Below are positions 49,502 through 59,547 of a stretch of DNA of 64,000 nt, one piece after another (positions within the stretch are counted from its first letter, which is position 1; each line of letters starts with the position of its first letter). Origin of the DNA: Promethearchaeota archaeon (GTDB taxonomy: Archaea > Asgardarchaeota > Lokiarchaeia > Sigyniarchaeales > SOKP01); contig JAFGGO010000108.1 in the NCBI GenBank assembly GCA_016930515.1, forward strand, positions 32,224 through 96,223, given 5' to 3'. Position numbers and translations under genes: made by a program. Under the pieces are notes generated by a model. That model saw nothing but the letters and a program-made list of their open reading frames with translations, made no database searches and was not told where the DNA came from.

Positions 49502-49520
49502 CCTATTAAGATTTTGATTA

Positions 49521-50189
49521 CTAAAAATAATCATCAATCTTTTTGTTTCCTGGAGTAAAAAGTCTTTCCACTCCTTTTTTCATGCCTGGTAGTCTAAAAC
49601 AATGTTCGGGAATCATATTTTTAAAATAGCGAGCATTTTCTCGTTCAGAAATGTGTTGAGACTTGTATAATGTCTCAAAAATCTCTTTATTTGAGAATTG
49701 AATATCGCTAAAATAGGGTGATTTGGACCGATTTTTACTAATCCTGCTAACAACTTCATCAAGGGGAAGGTCATATTCCATAATATTGCCTTTTTCGCTT
49801 ATCATAAAGGTCTTTTGTGAAAGATTATTAAAGAGGCAAACAACACCCTGAGGCCATCTTTCGTGAAAATAATGCAACACATTATCCATTACTTTGTGCT
49901 TGATAGAGACTACCCCAAATAAAACGCCATGATCGTTAATTTCCGTCCGCGTAAATTGCTTGGCTCTATAAGCCTCCTTTGAAATTTCTCGCATCATTTT
50001 AATTACTTTTTTTGCCAGGATAGATCCCGAATACCTCAATTCTGCTTCTGATAATCTTCCGAGTTGCCATAATAAATAAGGGGAGAAATTTGCGTGTCGT
50101 GGCAAGTAATTTTCTATCTCATTTTTCGAAAACCCTCTTGCTCTTCCAAGAATTTCCAAGGGATCCCTATTTTTATTATTTGAGGTCAT
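49521..50189 (-). CDS. DUF4130 (TIGR03915-like) DNA metabolism protein
   Basis: E...KQFTR, F.ER.P, Y..SQ.I.EREN and IP motifs; ATGA overlap with the upstream radical SAM gene. Confidence 0.8.
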   Translation of the reverse strand: MTSNNKNRDPLEILGRARGFSKNEIENYLPRHANFSPYLLWQLGRLSEAELRYSGSILAKKVIKMMREISKEAYRAKQFTRTEINDHGVLFGVVSIKHKVMDNVLHYFHERWPQGVVCLFNNLSQKTFMISEKGNIMEYDLPLDEVVSRISKNRSKSPYFSDIQFSNKEIFETLYKSQHISERENARYFKNMIPEHCFRLPGMKKGVERLFTPGNKKIDDYF

Positions 50190-51514
50190 TTTACCGCTCC
50201 TGTTAAAGTCTTGTTGGTACAATTACCTAAAAATTCCGATAGAGTTTTTTGTTGCTTCCCATTTAAGTTTAAAAAAGGATCTGCCCTCTTCAACATCACA
50301 CCTATCGATTTTAAATCTTCTCTCTTATTCAATTGAAAACCTTTGGTTCGTAAATTTATGATTCTTTTAGCAGAAATTGGTCCGATTCCCGGCACTCGTA
50401 ATAGTTCGGAATATGATGCCTTGTTTGGATCTACCTTTTTTCGCTCCTTAAAATATTCTCGAGCAAAATGAATCTTGGGATCTCCTTTTGGCAAATTTCC
50501 GTTTTCACTCAAGACCTCTTGCACGTCTTCAAGCTTGAAGTGGTATATTCTAAGCAACCAATCAACTTGATATAGTCGATGTTCTCTTTCTAACGATTCT
50601 GCACGCTTGCTTTCGAATGGTGTGCCGGAAATTGGGATGAAACTTGAGAAATAGGCTCGTCTCATGTCAACATTTTTATACTGCCAATCGATTCTTTTTA
50701 AAAGGTCCCAATCAGTTTCTTGCTCTGCGGCACCTACAACGAATTGTGTGGTTTGCCCGCTATTTAAAATAGGAGCCTCGTCCCATCGAAATTTTTTATA
50801 TCCATTTGCTCTCCGTTCTTTTAACATCCTTTCTTGAAAATTTATTTTTCCATCCTGCTTTATGTCGTTTAAAGTCCTTAAGGCTTGTTGGTTGTGCTGG
50901 ATACGCATTGATTTAAGCCAACGTTGACGTGTGAGGATGTCGTTATTGAAATCCTTTTGTTCCGCGATTTCAGCCAAATATTCTTTATTAGACGCTTCTG
51001 AATTAACAGAAATGCGATCCGATAAGGATATTGCTTCTTTAAGAAGGTGTTGGGATAATCCTGGCAGGCACTTGAAATGCACGTAGCCTCGAAAGTTGTA
51101 CTTGAATCTGAGTAATCTTATTGCTTCTAACATTTCTTCAGTTATTTCGTCAGCGCTTCGAGTAACTCCTGAAGATATGAATACACCTTCCACGACATTC
51201 ATGGCGTATAGTTTCATAAAAGTACGCGCATATTCTTCGGGTGTGAAACTTACTTTTTGCTTGCAACTATGAGAAAAACAATATTTACAATTATAAATAC
51301 ACTTGTTGGAGTATAATGTTTTGAACAAACTCACGCACCTTCCGTCTGGAGTATAACTATGACATATTCCTCCAGCTGCCGTAGCACCAATCCAATCTGT
51401 TGAATTACCAAATGTTTTTGGATATTTTTTAGTTCGACTAGATGCTGTACTTGCACAAATATCGTATTTGGAGTTTCTTCCTAATATTTTAATTTTCTCT
51501 ATCGTTGAAGGCAT
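50186..51514 (-). CDS. Putative DNA modification/repair radical SAM protein (TIGR03916-like) with HhH
   Basis: KYDICAS, GICHSYTPDGRCVSL, CIYNCKYC, REHRLYQ.DWL and LLRVPGIG. Confidence 0.92.
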   Translation of the reverse strand: MPSTIEKIKILGRNSKYDICASTASSRTKKYPKTFGNSTDWIGATAAGGICHSYTPDGRCVSLFKTLYSNKCIYNCKYCFSHSCKQKVSFTPEEYARTFMKLYAMNVVEGVFISSGVTRSADEITEEMLEAIRLLRFKYNFRGYVHFKCLPGLSQHLLKEAISLSDRISVNSEASNKEYLAEIAEQKDFNNDILTRQRWLKSMRIQHNQQALRTLNDIKQDGKINFQERMLKERRANGYKKFRWDEAPILNSGQTTQFVVGAAEQETDWDLLKRIDWQYKNVDMRRAYFSSFIPISGTPFESKRAESLEREHRLYQVDWLLRIYHFKLEDVQEVLSENGNLPKGDPKIHFAREYFKERKKVDPNKASYSELLRVPGIGPISAKRIINLRTKGFQLNKREDLKSIGVMLKRADPFLNLNGKQQKTLSEFLGNCTNKTLTGAVK

Positions 51515-51775
51515 TCCAATAGTCCCTTTTAGATAATTCAAATAATACTTGATTTTTAATTAATATAAAAAAGAAGGGATAGGCGAATTTTTAGATATAA
51601 AAAAAATATAATAGAACTTAAAAATATCCTCTAATTTGATATTCAGAAGAGCAAGAAACCAATTTATCGAAAAATCACCTTTCAACATTGACAAAACCCA
51701 CCGATATACTAAATTTTAAATTTATAAAAGTGTATTATATTTTTATAACTAAAAATTATTTAGCATGAGACTTTC

Positions 51776-52138
51776 ATGTCTGACGAGCAACTATTATTCT
51801 TATTACAAAACATCAGGGACAACATTGATGGCGTCCGATCGGCGGCGATCGTTTCGATGGAAGGACTTATTGTTCAGGCCATCTTAGAAGAAGGAATATC
51901 TGACATCAAACTAGCAGCGATGACTGCCACCATCCTCTCTGTTGCAGAGCGCGTCTTAGTGGAACTAAAGTCGGGAGTGCTAGATGTCTGCATTTTGCAG
52001 GGCGATGAAGGTAATTTTGCAGTAATGGAGGCGGGAAAGGAGTTGATCGTGGCGGTATGCTTGGATGTTGACGCTCGAATGGACACCGCCTTTATTGAAA
52101 TGAGAAAAGTATCTGAACAAATTAAGGCTCTACAATAA
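51776..52138 (+). CDS. Roadblock/LC7 domain protein
   Basis: AAIVSMEGL...LAAMTATILSVAERV..EL..G. Confidence 0.92.
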   Translation: MSDEQLLFLLQNIRDNIDGVRSAAIVSMEGLIVQAILEEGISDIKLAAMTATILSVAERVLVELKSGVLDVCILQGDEGNFAVMEAGKELIVAVCLDVDARMDTAFIEMRKVSEQIKALQ

Positions 52139-52294
52139 TTCAAATGAATGCTCTTCTTTTTCATGTAAATTGAGTTATCATTAATCCCATAAATTTAATT
52201 CAAAAAAGAATTAGTTTAAAAAAGCCGAAAAACCTATTTAGTGTGCTTACTTTTCGTATTCATATCTTATTAAGGATTTAAATGAGCGTTATAA

Positions 52295-53722
52295 ATGTCG
52301 GAGAAGAAACATAGTGTAGTTGTGATGAAATTCGGTGGATCCTGCTTACAAGACGCCAAATCTTTCGAGCAAACTACCCATAACATCAATCTCTATAAAC
52401 AAAACAATAAGATTATCATTGTCGCCTCTGCCATTAAGGGAATTACCGATAAATTAATAAATTTTTACCACCGATCTTGTGACGAACAACCAGAATGCGA
52501 AAGCATCTTAGAGGATCTATTTATAACTCATCAGAGCGTGATTAAAGAGATTATCAATGATAAAAAACCTGAATATAAATACGCAATCGATTTCCTTCAA
52601 AATAACATGGAAGAACTAACTCAATTAGGCCGGGTTATTGGATTGATTCGACCAAGTGTGGACATTCAAGATATTATCGTATCGTATGGAGAAAAACTGA
52701 GTACTTTCATCGTCACCCAATATCTTAACTCGATTGGATATAAGTCTGAGTTCGTATCTTCTGACGAAATAATACGTACTGATGATAATTTCGGACGTGC
52801 TTTACCCATACTTGATGAGACTGAACTATTAGTTAGAGATAGGGTTGGGCCTATTCTTGAATCAAGCGATAACATAATTGTATGTGTTACAGGTTTTTAT
52901 GGATCCACCAAAGATAAAAAAATTACCACTTTAGGTAGGGGTGGGTCGGATCTGACCGCTGCTATAATGGCTTATTGCTTTCAACCCACCTACAATTGTA
53001 AAGTGATTTATTGGAAGGATGTGAATGGTTTTTTGAACGCTGATCCACGAATAGCACACAAGACAGCACTTTTGAAAAATATAAGCTATCTCGAAGCCAA
53101 GGAATTGGCGTTCTTTGGATCTAAGGTACTCCACCCAGTCTGCTTGGATGTAAACGAAAAGAGGGAAATACCTTCGGAAATAAGACCTTTTGAGGATCCT
53201 GAATCAAACGAATTTACTATCATTACTAAGGAGATCGTGAAGGACGACAAGATCATCAAGGCTATCACTTCCATCCAGAAAATCTCGATGGTAACTATAG
53301 CCAGTGGCACGATGGTCTCCTTACCAGGAACTGTTTCGAAATTATTCTCTCTCTTAGGTGATAATAATGTCAACATCATTTTTATCTCCCAAAGTTCTTC
53401 TGAAAACAATATTACATTTGGTATTGATTACGAAGATGCCATGAAAGTCAGTTTCTTGCTAAGAAACTCGTCTTTATTCGGGAAGCAGTGGTTTAACATC
53501 AAGATAGATCACGAAATATCGCTTATCGCGGTTATTGGTGCTGGCATGCTTCACACGCCAGGAGTTGCGGGAAAGATCTTTTCCACACTTGGAGAAAACA
53601 ATGTTAATGTGATGGCGATCGCTCAAGGTTCTTCTGAATTAAATATAACTATAATTATAGAGCGCAAGGATTGTACAAAAGCAATTAATGTTCTCTATGA
53701 CGCCTTTGTAAATAATAGTTAG
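52295..53722 (+). CDS. lysC: Aspartate kinase with two ACT domains
   Basis: VMKFGGS, TTLGRGGSD, ADPR, EL..FG.KVLHP and ACT repeats. Confidence 0.93.
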   Translation: MSEKKHSVVVMKFGGSCLQDAKSFEQTTHNINLYKQNNKIIIVASAIKGITDKLINFYHRSCDEQPECESILEDLFITHQSVIKEIINDKKPEYKYAIDFLQNNMEELTQLGRVIGLIRPSVDIQDIIVSYGEKLSTFIVTQYLNSIGYKSEFVSSDEIIRTDDNFGRALPILDETELLVRDRVGPILESSDNIIVCVTGFYGSTKDKKITTLGRGGSDLTAAIMAYCFQPTYNCKVIYWKDVNGFLNADPRIAHKTALLKNISYLEAKELAFFGSKVLHPVCLDVNEKREIPSEIRPFEDPESNEFTIITKEIVKDDKIIKAITSIQKISMVTIASGTMVSLPGTVSKLFSLLGDNNVNIIFISQSSSENNITFGIDYEDAMKVSFLLRNSSLFGKQWFNIKIDHEISLIAVIGAGMLHTPGVAGKIFSTLGENNVNVMAIAQGSSELNITIIIERKDCTKAINVLYDAFVNNS

Positions 53723-53859
53723 AATATGTTCAAAAAATTTTTTCAATTAAACTTTCTTTTAATTTTAAAAGCGTCAGTATCACGAAGTTATCCTATATGA
53801 ATTAGAGAGTTAATTTTTAGTTATTTTCTTTAGATATTTCAAAAAAGAAAAAAAAGTAT

Positions 53860-54606
53860 TTACTTACTTTTTATTTTGCATGTTTTTTTAAAGATTAAAA
53901 CCACGGATATAGTACCAGCAAGAGCTATGATTAGATATGGGTTATATCCTGGAACGAGTCGTTCAATTCCAAAATCGATGGTTGTAGATTCAAATAACAT
54001 GGTCCAAACAACCCCACTTGCCGCATTAATTACTGTTGAATTGGTTATGATGCCTCTTGAGTCTCTTTCTAATATTGTGGTATAACTAAGTCTTGCTGCG
54101 GCAGCAGCATAGAAACCATCACCATAAGTTACGATTAAAACATTATCATTGACAGTATAATTATTGAATCCAACTTGTTTGTAACTCTCGCCAACATTTA
54201 TAAGGTTAAAACTAAGGGGAATCATGCCGAACAAACCAAAACGATTGATTATCGTATTATTCGATATAATTAATTCACCTGAACTTAGATTGTGGCCAAA
54301 AATCGGAGTACTTGAATTGAACAATATGTAAAGCGATTCTCCAGATGTACGATTCAAGATCTCTGCTTTAGCGGTTATATATGTCGTTTCTATTTGAGCT
54401 ATAGCCCCATCGAAAGTTAATACGAGTTGTTGTCCAATATATAGTGTATTTGATGATGTTATATTGTATGTTATCGTATCTCCTGGTGAAGCTAGAATGC
54501 TAATCCCATTATTCAACTCGATAGTTGCCCGGGTTGAGGGTACCAAAAAAAAACCTATAAAAAAGCATGCAACTAGAATTCCACCAAATTTTAAACTTTT
54601 TTTCAT
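53860..54606 (-). CDS. Secreted surface protein with Loki-CTERM-like anchor
   Basis: Signal peptide from MKKSL; C-terminal VPGY + TM + basic tail. Confidence 0.8.
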   Translation of the reverse strand: MKKSLKFGGILVACFFIGFFLVPSTRATIELNNGISILASPGDTITYNITSSNTLYIGQQLVLTFDGAIAQIETTYITAKAEILNRTSGESLYILFNSSTPIFGHNLSSGELIISNNTIINRFGLFGMIPLSFNLINVGESYKQVGFNNYTVNDNVLIVTYGDGFYAAAAARLSYTTILERDSRGIITNSTVINAASGVVWTMLFESTTIDFGIERLVPGYNPYLIIALAGTISVVLIFKKTCKIKSK

Positions 54607-54762
54607 GTCAAATCCTTTAAAAAAATATAATCTAACTATTTGCATAAATGATCAATAGTTATTATGTATTTCATCAAAATGATCTTGAATACCAAATTAA
54701 AAATTTAATTATCGAAAAGTCATATAAAATGAGAATAAAAAAATTTCTTTTTCATAAGGTAC

Positions 54763-56072
54763 CTATTTTTTAATACCTTGAACGAAAAGGAATCCTTTTT
54801 GTCCCGCATTTCTGCCCATATCGTGTTCTTCGGCAAATGAACATTCCACAAGCCAACCCGTTTTAGCCATAAAAGAAGGGGTATTCTTAATGTTAATGCC
54901 CCATTTAATATGCTTTGAGAACGGGTCGTCAAAAAGTCCGTTAGATGCGTAAAGATCATCGTACCACCTGGTTATGTGCAACATGTCGAGAAAGATTTGA
55001 CTGGGGCGAGGAGAAATCTGCGATGCGACGGTCAAGAGATTTTTTCTTTTTTCTTTTTCAATATAATAAATAAGACCTTCTAATATCCAAAAAGTTTGTA
55101 AGTCAGTAGAAAATCCTTTTTCCATCAATTTATTAATCCACGAATCATCCGAGAGGTCCGCAGGAACGCGAGTGATATAACATAAACTCTTGAAATCTTT
55201 TAATAAAGTTTCCTTATAGTGGATTATAACTGGTAAATCAATTTCAAATAGCTTATGAAAATTTTGTCCCAATAGTTCGAATCGATACGCACGTGCGTCT
55301 AAACCGCTCCTAATAAGACAATCTGGGACTTAACGCGTGTTTCACACCAAGGTTTTAATAATTCTTCATCGATATATCTTGAACGAACGATTGGGTAATC
55401 CATTTCAGATATCCGTAATTTACTTTCAATGTAAGCACTTAAATCGCCCGCAAGTCGTTCAGCTAATGGGTCTAATATGAGAGGATTCTCTTTCTTTTCT
55501 TCAAGAGAACGATAATATGCCATTAGCCGTGCTGTAAGAGGAACGCCCTCATTAAGGTTAATTGACTTGCAATTTTTTTTAGTCTCAGAATTGTCTCTCA
55601 GAGATTTTTCTTCATTTTTATTCCCTAAATTAATGAAATCCAATACTAAATTCATTGGATCTCCTTCTGTCTGGTGTTTTAAGTGTTTTTCATATAGTTT
55701 TATGGCACCTAGGGCTTTTACAAACTCCGAAATTGTAAAAGGAATCACGCCATCGTATTCGATTAATCCTAAAACGATTTTTTCGTCATTCCTTATACCT
55801 ATAAGGTGTTCTCCTTTTTTTAGAGAAGACGCAACCAATCTGTCTTTCGTGCAAACTCGAACGATGTATTTAATATTATTGATATTAATCGGGCGAACAG
55901 TGTTTGAATCCCAAGAATCTCTAATCTGCTTGATCTCTTCTCGTGCTAGAAGATCCGAATTAGAATAAATGATGTTTAAATTTTATTGAATAAACCAATA
56001 AGAATTTAAAAAAGGCAGGACATCCCATAGATATTTCCCGATATTTTCAAATATTGACACGTTTAACGCCAT
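54763..56072 (-). pseudogene. Disrupted fusion of a profilin-like domain and an LCM-family (leucine carboxyl methyltransferase-like) SAM methyltransferase
   Basis: ATG at 56072 is in frame, through one TAA (55983-55985), with ORF 55299..55838. A 1-nt deletion at about 55304 breaks GAGLDARAYR and continues into ORF 54763..55272 (FEID, DL, EGL..Y). Confidence 0.7.
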
Positions 56073-56088
56073 TTAATTTAGTAAAAAA

Positions 56089-57321
56089 CTAAAAAGAATT
56101 AAATTTTTTATCGGCAATTTTTACTCTTATTTTTTTCCTTTCGGAAGCGCTTAGATTCTGTTCAAGGGCCTTGTTACATATCTTTTTTCCAATGACAACT
56201 TTTGGATTATCTGCCCAATTAACACCTATCAACAAGCACAAGTAATAGATGGCGGATTGAAGGAACGCAATCAGATGGCCTATATTGTGTTCTGCAGAAG
56301 TGGAGAGACTAATCTTTGCTGAAGGAACACCTTGTTCGATTAATGCTTGAAAAGTTGCGTCAGCTTGATAATCGATTATGCTATGTGCCGTTTGACCGTT
56401 AATATAATCTATGGTTGATTCTAGTGAAATATCACTAATATCGCTATCAATGGACCAAATTAATGGAACCACCGCTCCTTTAAAACCCCCTAATAAATAT
56501 TCTAAAACGGAATGTTGGCAAAGTGGTGCAGGTTGCATTGCGCCCATCATCCCCTTATTATCCTTTCCAGTGCTTTCAGATAATTCTTGGACAAATAAAC
56601 CAACTGATCCTTCAAGGTATTGAGAGTAGGGCATTGAGAAAGCTATTTTATAGTTTCTTTTATAAGTCTCGTGTAAAAATGTAGCAAACTCTACGGCGAG
56701 ATTCATATTATTGTTCATGTAGTATTCGTAGCCTTCTCTTAATCCATCCAAAAAATTTTCTATATTAATGCCTGCTATGTGAGCTGGTACGATTCCAACA
56801 TTTGAGATCGATCCTGCGAAGCGACCGGAAAGATCGGGAACATCCATGATTGGACCGCCGAACTCCTTTAAAATCTGATTTAATGTTCCCTTTGTCGATA
56901 AACCTAAAACTTTATAACCCCTCCTGGCAAATATTTCTATTGTAGAATTTACATCTAATGTTTCTCCTGCCCGAGAGATCGCTATGACTACAGAATTGTC
57001 CGGACTAGTGCTTTCAAGGCAATTTTTTAGTTCCGCTGGACGAGAACTATATATTGGAAATATTTTTTTTTTTGCCAAGTGTTCGAGAGCGAGTAGGGTT
57101 TGTATTGAACCGCCCGTTCCTAAAACGATGATATTTTTCGTGGAGTCGAGCATGAATTCAGAAGTCTTGTTAATTATTTCTGTCATGTCTATAAATGACG
57201 AAGTGTCGATAAAAAATGGAGCGTCCCATTTTTCTTTATTTGCTTTAATCTTTTGTATTGAATCTTTTAAAATTTGATTATTTATATTAGGATAATATTC
57301 TAATTCCAATCTGATTGTCAA
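56089..57321 (-). CDS. Glucose-6-phosphate isomerase-like double SIS-domain protein
   Basis: VLGTGGS, ISRAGET, GRF, QELSESTGK, QHS and P.V..GK, all divergent PGI motifs. Confidence 0.75.
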   Translation of the reverse strand: MTIRLELEYYPNINNQILKDSIQKIKANKEKWDAPFFIDTSSFIDMTEIINKTSEFMLDSTKNIIVLGTGGSIQTLLALEHLAKKKIFPIYSSRPAELKNCLESTSPDNSVVIAISRAGETLDVNSTIEIFARRGYKVLGLSTKGTLNQILKEFGGPIMDVPDLSGRFAGSISNVGIVPAHIAGINIENFLDGLREGYEYYMNNNMNLAVEFATFLHETYKRNYKIAFSMPYSQYLEGSVGLFVQELSESTGKDNKGMMGAMQPAPLCQHSVLEYLLGGFKGAVVPLIWSIDSDISDISLESTIDYINGQTAHSIIDYQADATFQALIEQGVPSAKISLSTSAEHNIGHLIAFLQSAIYYLCLLIGVNWADNPKVVIGKKICNKALEQNLSASERKKIRVKIADKKFNSF

Positions 57322-57477
57322 AAATTATTCACTTAGTTTTTTTATATTGAAAATTAAATAACAAATAACCCATAAAAAAATAAAATTATTTTGGTTATTT
57401 GATTAAATTAGGATATTTTAAAACAGAAAAGATAAAATGAAGAAAAAGATTTAATAATCCTTGAATTTTTAAGTGTT

Positions 57478-58740
57478 TTAACCTTCTTTAATGCCTTCTT
57501 CGGTAATGCTAAAAACCGCTTCTCCTTCTGGTAAATTGGGGGCATCAACGATTTTTGCGACCCTTTGAACTCCTTTTCCTTTTCTAAGGTAAATTCTAAT
57601 TGTCGAACCGTGCGCTACGACATTACCACCTGCGGCCTGTAAGGGATTACCGTAAAAAACATCAGGTTTTGCTTGAACTTGGTTAGTAACGATTACTGCT
57701 AGATCTGAGTGAATGTCTGCTAGTCTCAATAAGTCATGGATGTGCTGATTAATTGTTTGTTGCCTGTTTGCCAGCGTTCCTCGGCCAATATATTCACTCC
57801 TGAAATGACCAATTAGAGAGTCAACAATGATCAATTTAATATTCCTTTCCTTGATTAGGTTCGCTGCTTCTTTAACGAGTATGATTTGGTGGTCAGAGTT
57901 ATAAGCTCGACCAAAAATGATATTCTTAAGAACTTTTTTTGCGTCTAAATCGAGTGATTCTGCCATTTGGATAATTCTTTCTGGTCTGAAGGTACCTTCC
58001 GTGTCTATATATAAGGCGTTTCCTTCTAAACCTCCGAGCTCCTTTGGAAGTTGAACATTAACACATAGTTGGTGCATGATTTGAGTTTTGCCCGTTCGAA
58101 ATTCTCCAAAAAACTCAATAATGCTGCCCGTTTCTACTCCTCCGCCCAGGATCTCATCCAATTCTGGACTTCCTGTCGTGATACGGGCAATATTCTTCCT
58201 GTGCTCCCAAACATCTTCGGCAGATTTAAAACCAATCTTTAATTTTTCCATTGATGCTTTAATAAGTTTTGCAGTCGTTTTCTCTCCAAGGCCACTTTCG
58301 TTAATGATAATACTAGGGGGAGTATAGGCTATGGCTTCCAAGCTGTTAAAACCAGATTTTATTAATTTCGTAAGCGTGGCTTCTCCTACACCAGGAAGAC
58401 TTTTTACATCGTTAATACAAGAATCTCTATCATCTATAATTGATTCGTCGATATCCTCATCATTAATTTCTTGTTCATCGATACCGTCTTCGTTAATGTC
58501 ATCTTCAGATCCATCATCATTTCCATAAGATTCGTCTTCTAACTCTAAAGTGTCGTACTCCTCGTTAGCATCTTCAAATTCTGCAGTAATCTGCTCATCT
58601 TCACTTGGCACTCCGTTTAGAATGTATTTTAAATGATCTTTATAGATTTTGCCCTTCGTGTGATTTCTTTTACATTCCGGACAATAATACTCTTCACCCT
58701 CAACAAATCCATCGTTGTTCATTTCTACAACCTTTGCCAT
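57478..58740 (-). CDS. radA: DNA repair and recombination protein RadA with N-terminal Zn-finger/acidic extension
   Basis: LPGVG Hh[36 protein letters not shown] and LPEGEA. Confidence 0.95.
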   Translation of the reverse strand: MAKVVEMNNDGFVEGEEYYCPECKRNHTKGKIYKDHLKYILNGVPSEDEQITAEFEDANEEYDTLELEDESYGNDDGSEDDINEDGIDEQEINDEDIDESIIDDRDSCINDVKSLPGVGEATLTKLIKSGFNSLEAIAYTPPSIIINESGLGEKTTAKLIKASMEKLKIGFKSAEDVWEHRKNIARITTGSPELDEILGGGVETGSIIEFFGEFRTGKTQIMHQLCVNVQLPKELGGLEGNALYIDTEGTFRPERIIQMAESLDLDAKKVLKNIIFGRAYNSDHQIILVKEAANLIKERNIKLIIVDSLIGHFRSEYIGRGTLANRQQTINQHIHDLLRLADIHSDLAVIVTNQVQAKPDVFYGNPLQAAGGNVVAHGSTIRIYLRKGKGVQRVAKIVDAPNLPEGEAVFSITEEGIKEG

Positions 58741-58920
58741 GATAAATCACGTTTTAAACATAAATATTGTGCTTTTTTTAAATTTGAGTTTATAATAATC
58801 AATATAAGCAATACTATCTATTTTAAAGGAAATACGGTAAGGATTTTTTAATTTGTAATTTTTCTAAAAAGCATTAAAAGGGAATTATAGTATTTTTCAA
58901 AAATCTCTTAACTAATCTTG

Positions 58921-59205
58921 TTAGCGTTTCTTTCCTACCTTAGATATGAATGAAGGAATGTTTACAGGTTCTTTTTTCTTAATTTTATAGGTTTTAGGAT
59001 TGTTCATTCCATTTTTCTCTAGAATTGACCCCTCTTCTTCGAGGAACTTTAAAGATCTCCAAATGAAATTAATCTTCGATCGATCACTTGATTTCACATT
59101 GTTGCATCTTCGTATTCTTTTTGTGTTGATGAGATATACATCTTTCTCAATACACTTATTTATTGCGTCGAGCGTCTCTTTCAAATTCTTTAAAAAAAAA
59201 TCCAT
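58921..59205 (-). CDS. Small basic hypothetical protein (winged-helix-like)
   Basis: 94 aa, Lys/Arg-rich, with helix-helix-wing pattern FIWRSL..L...G.L...Y. Confidence 0.6.
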   Translation of the reverse strand: MDFFLKNLKETLDAINKCIEKDVYLINTKRIRRCNNVKSSDRSKINFIWRSLKFLEEEGSILEKNGMNNPKTYKIKKKEPVNIPSFISKVGKKR

Positions 59206-59547
59206 GATTTTAAGTCATTCTCCTAATTAAATCATGATGGAAAATAATATCCACTGAGAAGTTTAACAATTTTTGTTTAGTTCTTGTGAAGTAATATAAG
59301 ATATGTCTTTGTTCTATATAAATTTTTTTTATTTTACATCATATTTATCCGATTCATAATTCTATTTCTTATAATAACTAAAGCGCGCATTAAACGGCAT
59401 TTATAATTGAAAACCAATATTGGGAAAGATTCAAAAAAGAACGACCGTTTTTGAAAATAATTACTTTGTACAAAAACGACATATTTTCTACAAAAAAAAT
59501 AATGTAAATATAAAGTAGGTTCAGCTTTCACGATTAGCTCGCATATA

